Part shown: positions 62,580-64,000 of the stretch, one piece after another
Position numbering within the stretch: position 1 is the first letter of the stretch
Layout of the letters: every line of letters begins with the position of its first letter
NCBI GenBank assembly: GCA_016432645.1
Contig: CP066698.1
Coordinates: forward strand, 325,062 to 389,061
DNA length: 64,000 nt
Source: Candidatus Falkowbacteria bacterium
Lineage (GTDB): Bacteria > Patescibacteriota > Patescibacteriia > Patescibacteriales > UBA12465
Direction of reading: 5' to 3'
Translations under genes and position numbers: made by a program
Notes under the pieces: model-generated
What the model saw: only the letters and a program-made list of their open reading frames with translations
The model's database searches: none
Told to the model about the DNA's origin: nothing

Positions 62580-63338
62580 CTAATTAACCACCATTTTGAT
62601 GGTAACCAATTCTTTGGATTTTAATTTAAATCTCGGAGTTTCGTAATACGGAGACTTAGTTTCGATACCTGGGGCATCATGGACCAATTTGCCATCGGCA
62701 AATGCAATGTCATAACCATTATTAGTTTGTGAAGCTAATAAATATTTATTGCACTGCTGAGCGCTAACTACTCTAACGGTAAATGGAGTTTCTCCTTTTA
62801 CATCAATGTAATAAGTGCCTTTAGTAAAAATAGAATCTTTTACCATAGAAATTGACTTGGTCGGTTCCGACTTCACTAGCGGCTGAATGGCAACCGGTTC
62901 TTCTTTATCCTTTTTTGGATAAAAGAGATTATCGATGCTATCCATCATTGCTTTGGCTTCTTCTACTTTTCCTTTTTTAAGGAGAACGGCATATTCGCCA
63001 AGCAGATTATTCTTCTGCCGATTTTTTTCAGCTTCCAAAATCAGGTCAGCTTTAACTTGTACGGAGTCAACTGCTTTGCTAATAAACAAATCAGTTTTTA
63101 AATTCCCCCAAGTACTTTTACTGGCCGTGATGGGCAAATAACTAGTGAACACTGTCCAACCGACAATTGCTATTGCAGGAATGTACAACAAGCGGCTGTA
63201 CTTTTCCGCAAACCAAATAAAATTAATAACTAAAGCTGTCGCCCAGACGCTCCAATTAAAAACTAAATGGCAAACAATTCCAATCACTACGGAGGCAATC
63301 ACTAATTTCCAATAAGATAACTTTATTATTTCTTTCAT
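62580..63338 (-). CDS. Membrane protein of unknown function (3 N-terminal TM helices + soluble domain)
   Basis: 252-aa ORF immediately upstream of the pilin gene. No family is recognised. Confidence 0.5.
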   Translation of the reverse strand: MKEIIKLSYWKLVIASVVIGIVCHLVFNWSVWATALVINFIWFAEKYSRLLYIPAIAIVGWTVFTSYLPITASKSTWGNLKTDLFISKAVDSVQVKADLILEAEKNRQKNNLLGEYAVLLKKGKVEEAKAMMDSIDNLFYPKKDKEEPVAIQPLVKSEPTKSISMVKDSIFTKGTYYIDVKGETPFTVRVVSAQQCNKYLLASQTNNGYDIAFADGKLVHDAPGIETKSPYYETPRFKLKSKELVTIKMVVN

Positions 63339-63346
63339 TTTTTTAT

Positions 63347-63385
63347 CCCCGTCCTTACTTTACTCGGACGGGGTCTCTTTTTTTT
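63347..63385 (+). terminator. Plus-strand-oriented terminator-like hairpin between two minus-strand genes
   Basis: Stem CCCCGTCC/GGACGGGG (63347-63354 / 63366-63373) is followed by TCTC + T8 on the plus strand. On the minus strand the hairpin is followed by A-rich sequence. Confidence 0.4.
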
Positions 63386-63401
63386 GTTTTTAACTAATCA
63401 A

Positions 63402-63944
63402 TTAATGACGAAATATTGCCCTGAAAATTGCGGGCACGAATTCTACTAAAGCATCACTCGCTAAATGGACCGGAAACTCGTTCCACATAGTCTCTTTATG
63501 AGCATGGTTAGGGGTTGTGGCCGATGATGATGCCGGCTCAGAAGACGTTGAGGCTGAGATGTTTGCTTTGTTCCGGGCCACTGAATAAGCGCCAGACCAA
63601 GCAACTAAACGCTCAAACCAAGGATCACCGGCCTGAGCATATTCTCTATCCATCAAACGTTCAACAACAATACCAAACTCTTCGGCGATTTCCTCGCGTA
63701 AAGATAACGGACCATAAATTAAGAAAATAATGGTTAAAATAACCGCTATCTTCCAAATTAAATGATGCCAATGACCGGGAACTTCGGTCGGCGCAATTTG
63801 CGGAGTCGGAATTTTATTGTTGGCGATAGCGTTATCACCAAAAACACTTTTCCAGGCCCTTTTATACCAAGGTTTGGGAGTTTCGGCGGACTTAGCTTTA
63901 GTGGCTGGTTCAGCTGCATTAATACTGGCGTAAGCGTCCGTCAT
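63402..63944 (-). CDS. Membrane protein of unknown function
   Basis: 180-aa ORF with one central TM helix (WKIAVILTIIFLIYGPL). No family is recognised. Confidence 0.45.
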   Translation of the reverse strand: MTDAYASINAAEPATKAKSAETPKPWYKRAWKSVFGDNAIANNKIPTPQIAPTEVPGHWHHLIWKIAVILTIIFLIYGPLSLREEIAEEFGIVVERLMDREYAQAGDPWFERLVAWSGAYSVARNKANISASTSSEPASSSATTPNHAHKETMWNEFPVHLASDALVEFVPAIFRAIFRH

Positions 63945-64000
63945 AACCCGATTATAGACAAGTTCTTGTTTTGAAAACCCGTCATCATTTCGAAACCAAC

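Noticed and set aside
1-64000. CRISPR arrays, integrases, transposases, reverse transcriptases (DGR/retron) and toxin-antitoxin pairs
   Set aside because: Reading both strands turned up no regularly spaced direct repeats and no ORF with the corresponding catalytic motifs. The only mobile-like gene is the LAGLIDADG-like ORF.
1-64000. Alternative genetic code (UGA recoding, as in some CPR lineages)
   Set aside because: Well-conserved genes terminate at TGA where expected (for example the response regulator at 26266-26268). Long conserved ORFs are intact under the standard code.

Overview
AT-rich, gene-dense bacterial chromosome segment, mostly minus-strand, read with the standard genetic code. 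The gene content looks like a reduced Candidate Phyla Radiation / Patescibacteria-type genome: a 126-aa TsaB, a DUF4012 + GT4 envelope cluster, a sigma-region-4 + HARE-HTH protein, a VirB2-like pilin, a giant fibre-like secreted protein and very little biosynthesis. This placement is an inference from content, not a database result. Left to right the window holds: partial tgt; an envelope/glycosylation cluster (DUF11-like protein, DUF4012, GT4, 481-aa membrane protein); a sigma-r4/HARE-HTH protein; GT2; rmlA-rmlD joined to a short dcw block (mraZ-rsmH-ftsL-ftsI-murF); tsaB-dus-cysS; rnhB; typA; hisS; an orphan OmpR-type response regulator; rarA; a CsoR-controlled copper module; a P2-type cation ATPase; an ECF sigma module; greA; asnS; a 2-hydroxyacid dehydrogenase; a lipoprotein-MFP-ABC (MacAB-like) operon; a divergent purM-like/purC/purE-like trio; a 1109-aa fibre-like protein plus a 477-aa partner; an HI0933-like flavoprotein; an EamA-transporter::riboflavin-kinase fusion; DUF1294; an ABC-F ATPase; a free-standing HTH+LAGLIDADG-like ORF; a mutM-rpmG-AI-2E-rubrerythrin-desulforedoxin operon; tRNA-Tyr; and the start of a T4SS-pilin cluster. 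No CRISPR array, integrase, transposase or reverse transcriptase was seen. The items most worth a second look are: (i) an ORF-less promoter-to-terminator unit encoding a roughly 215-nt multi-helix RNA at 21.25-21.5 kb; (ii) the fibre-like protein with nine G-N-V-G-I-G-T-x-x-P motifs and a Cys-only C-terminal knob; (iii) the transporter::riboflavin kinase fusion; (iv) a degenerate tRNA-Trp-like cloverleaf overlapping the 3' end of the LAGLIDADG-like ORF; (v) an isolated three-step purine block; (vi) a non-canonical CsoR copper regulon and two secreted proteins with GMGMGMG tracts; (vii) TGnTATAAT-N6-ATG leaderless gene starts.
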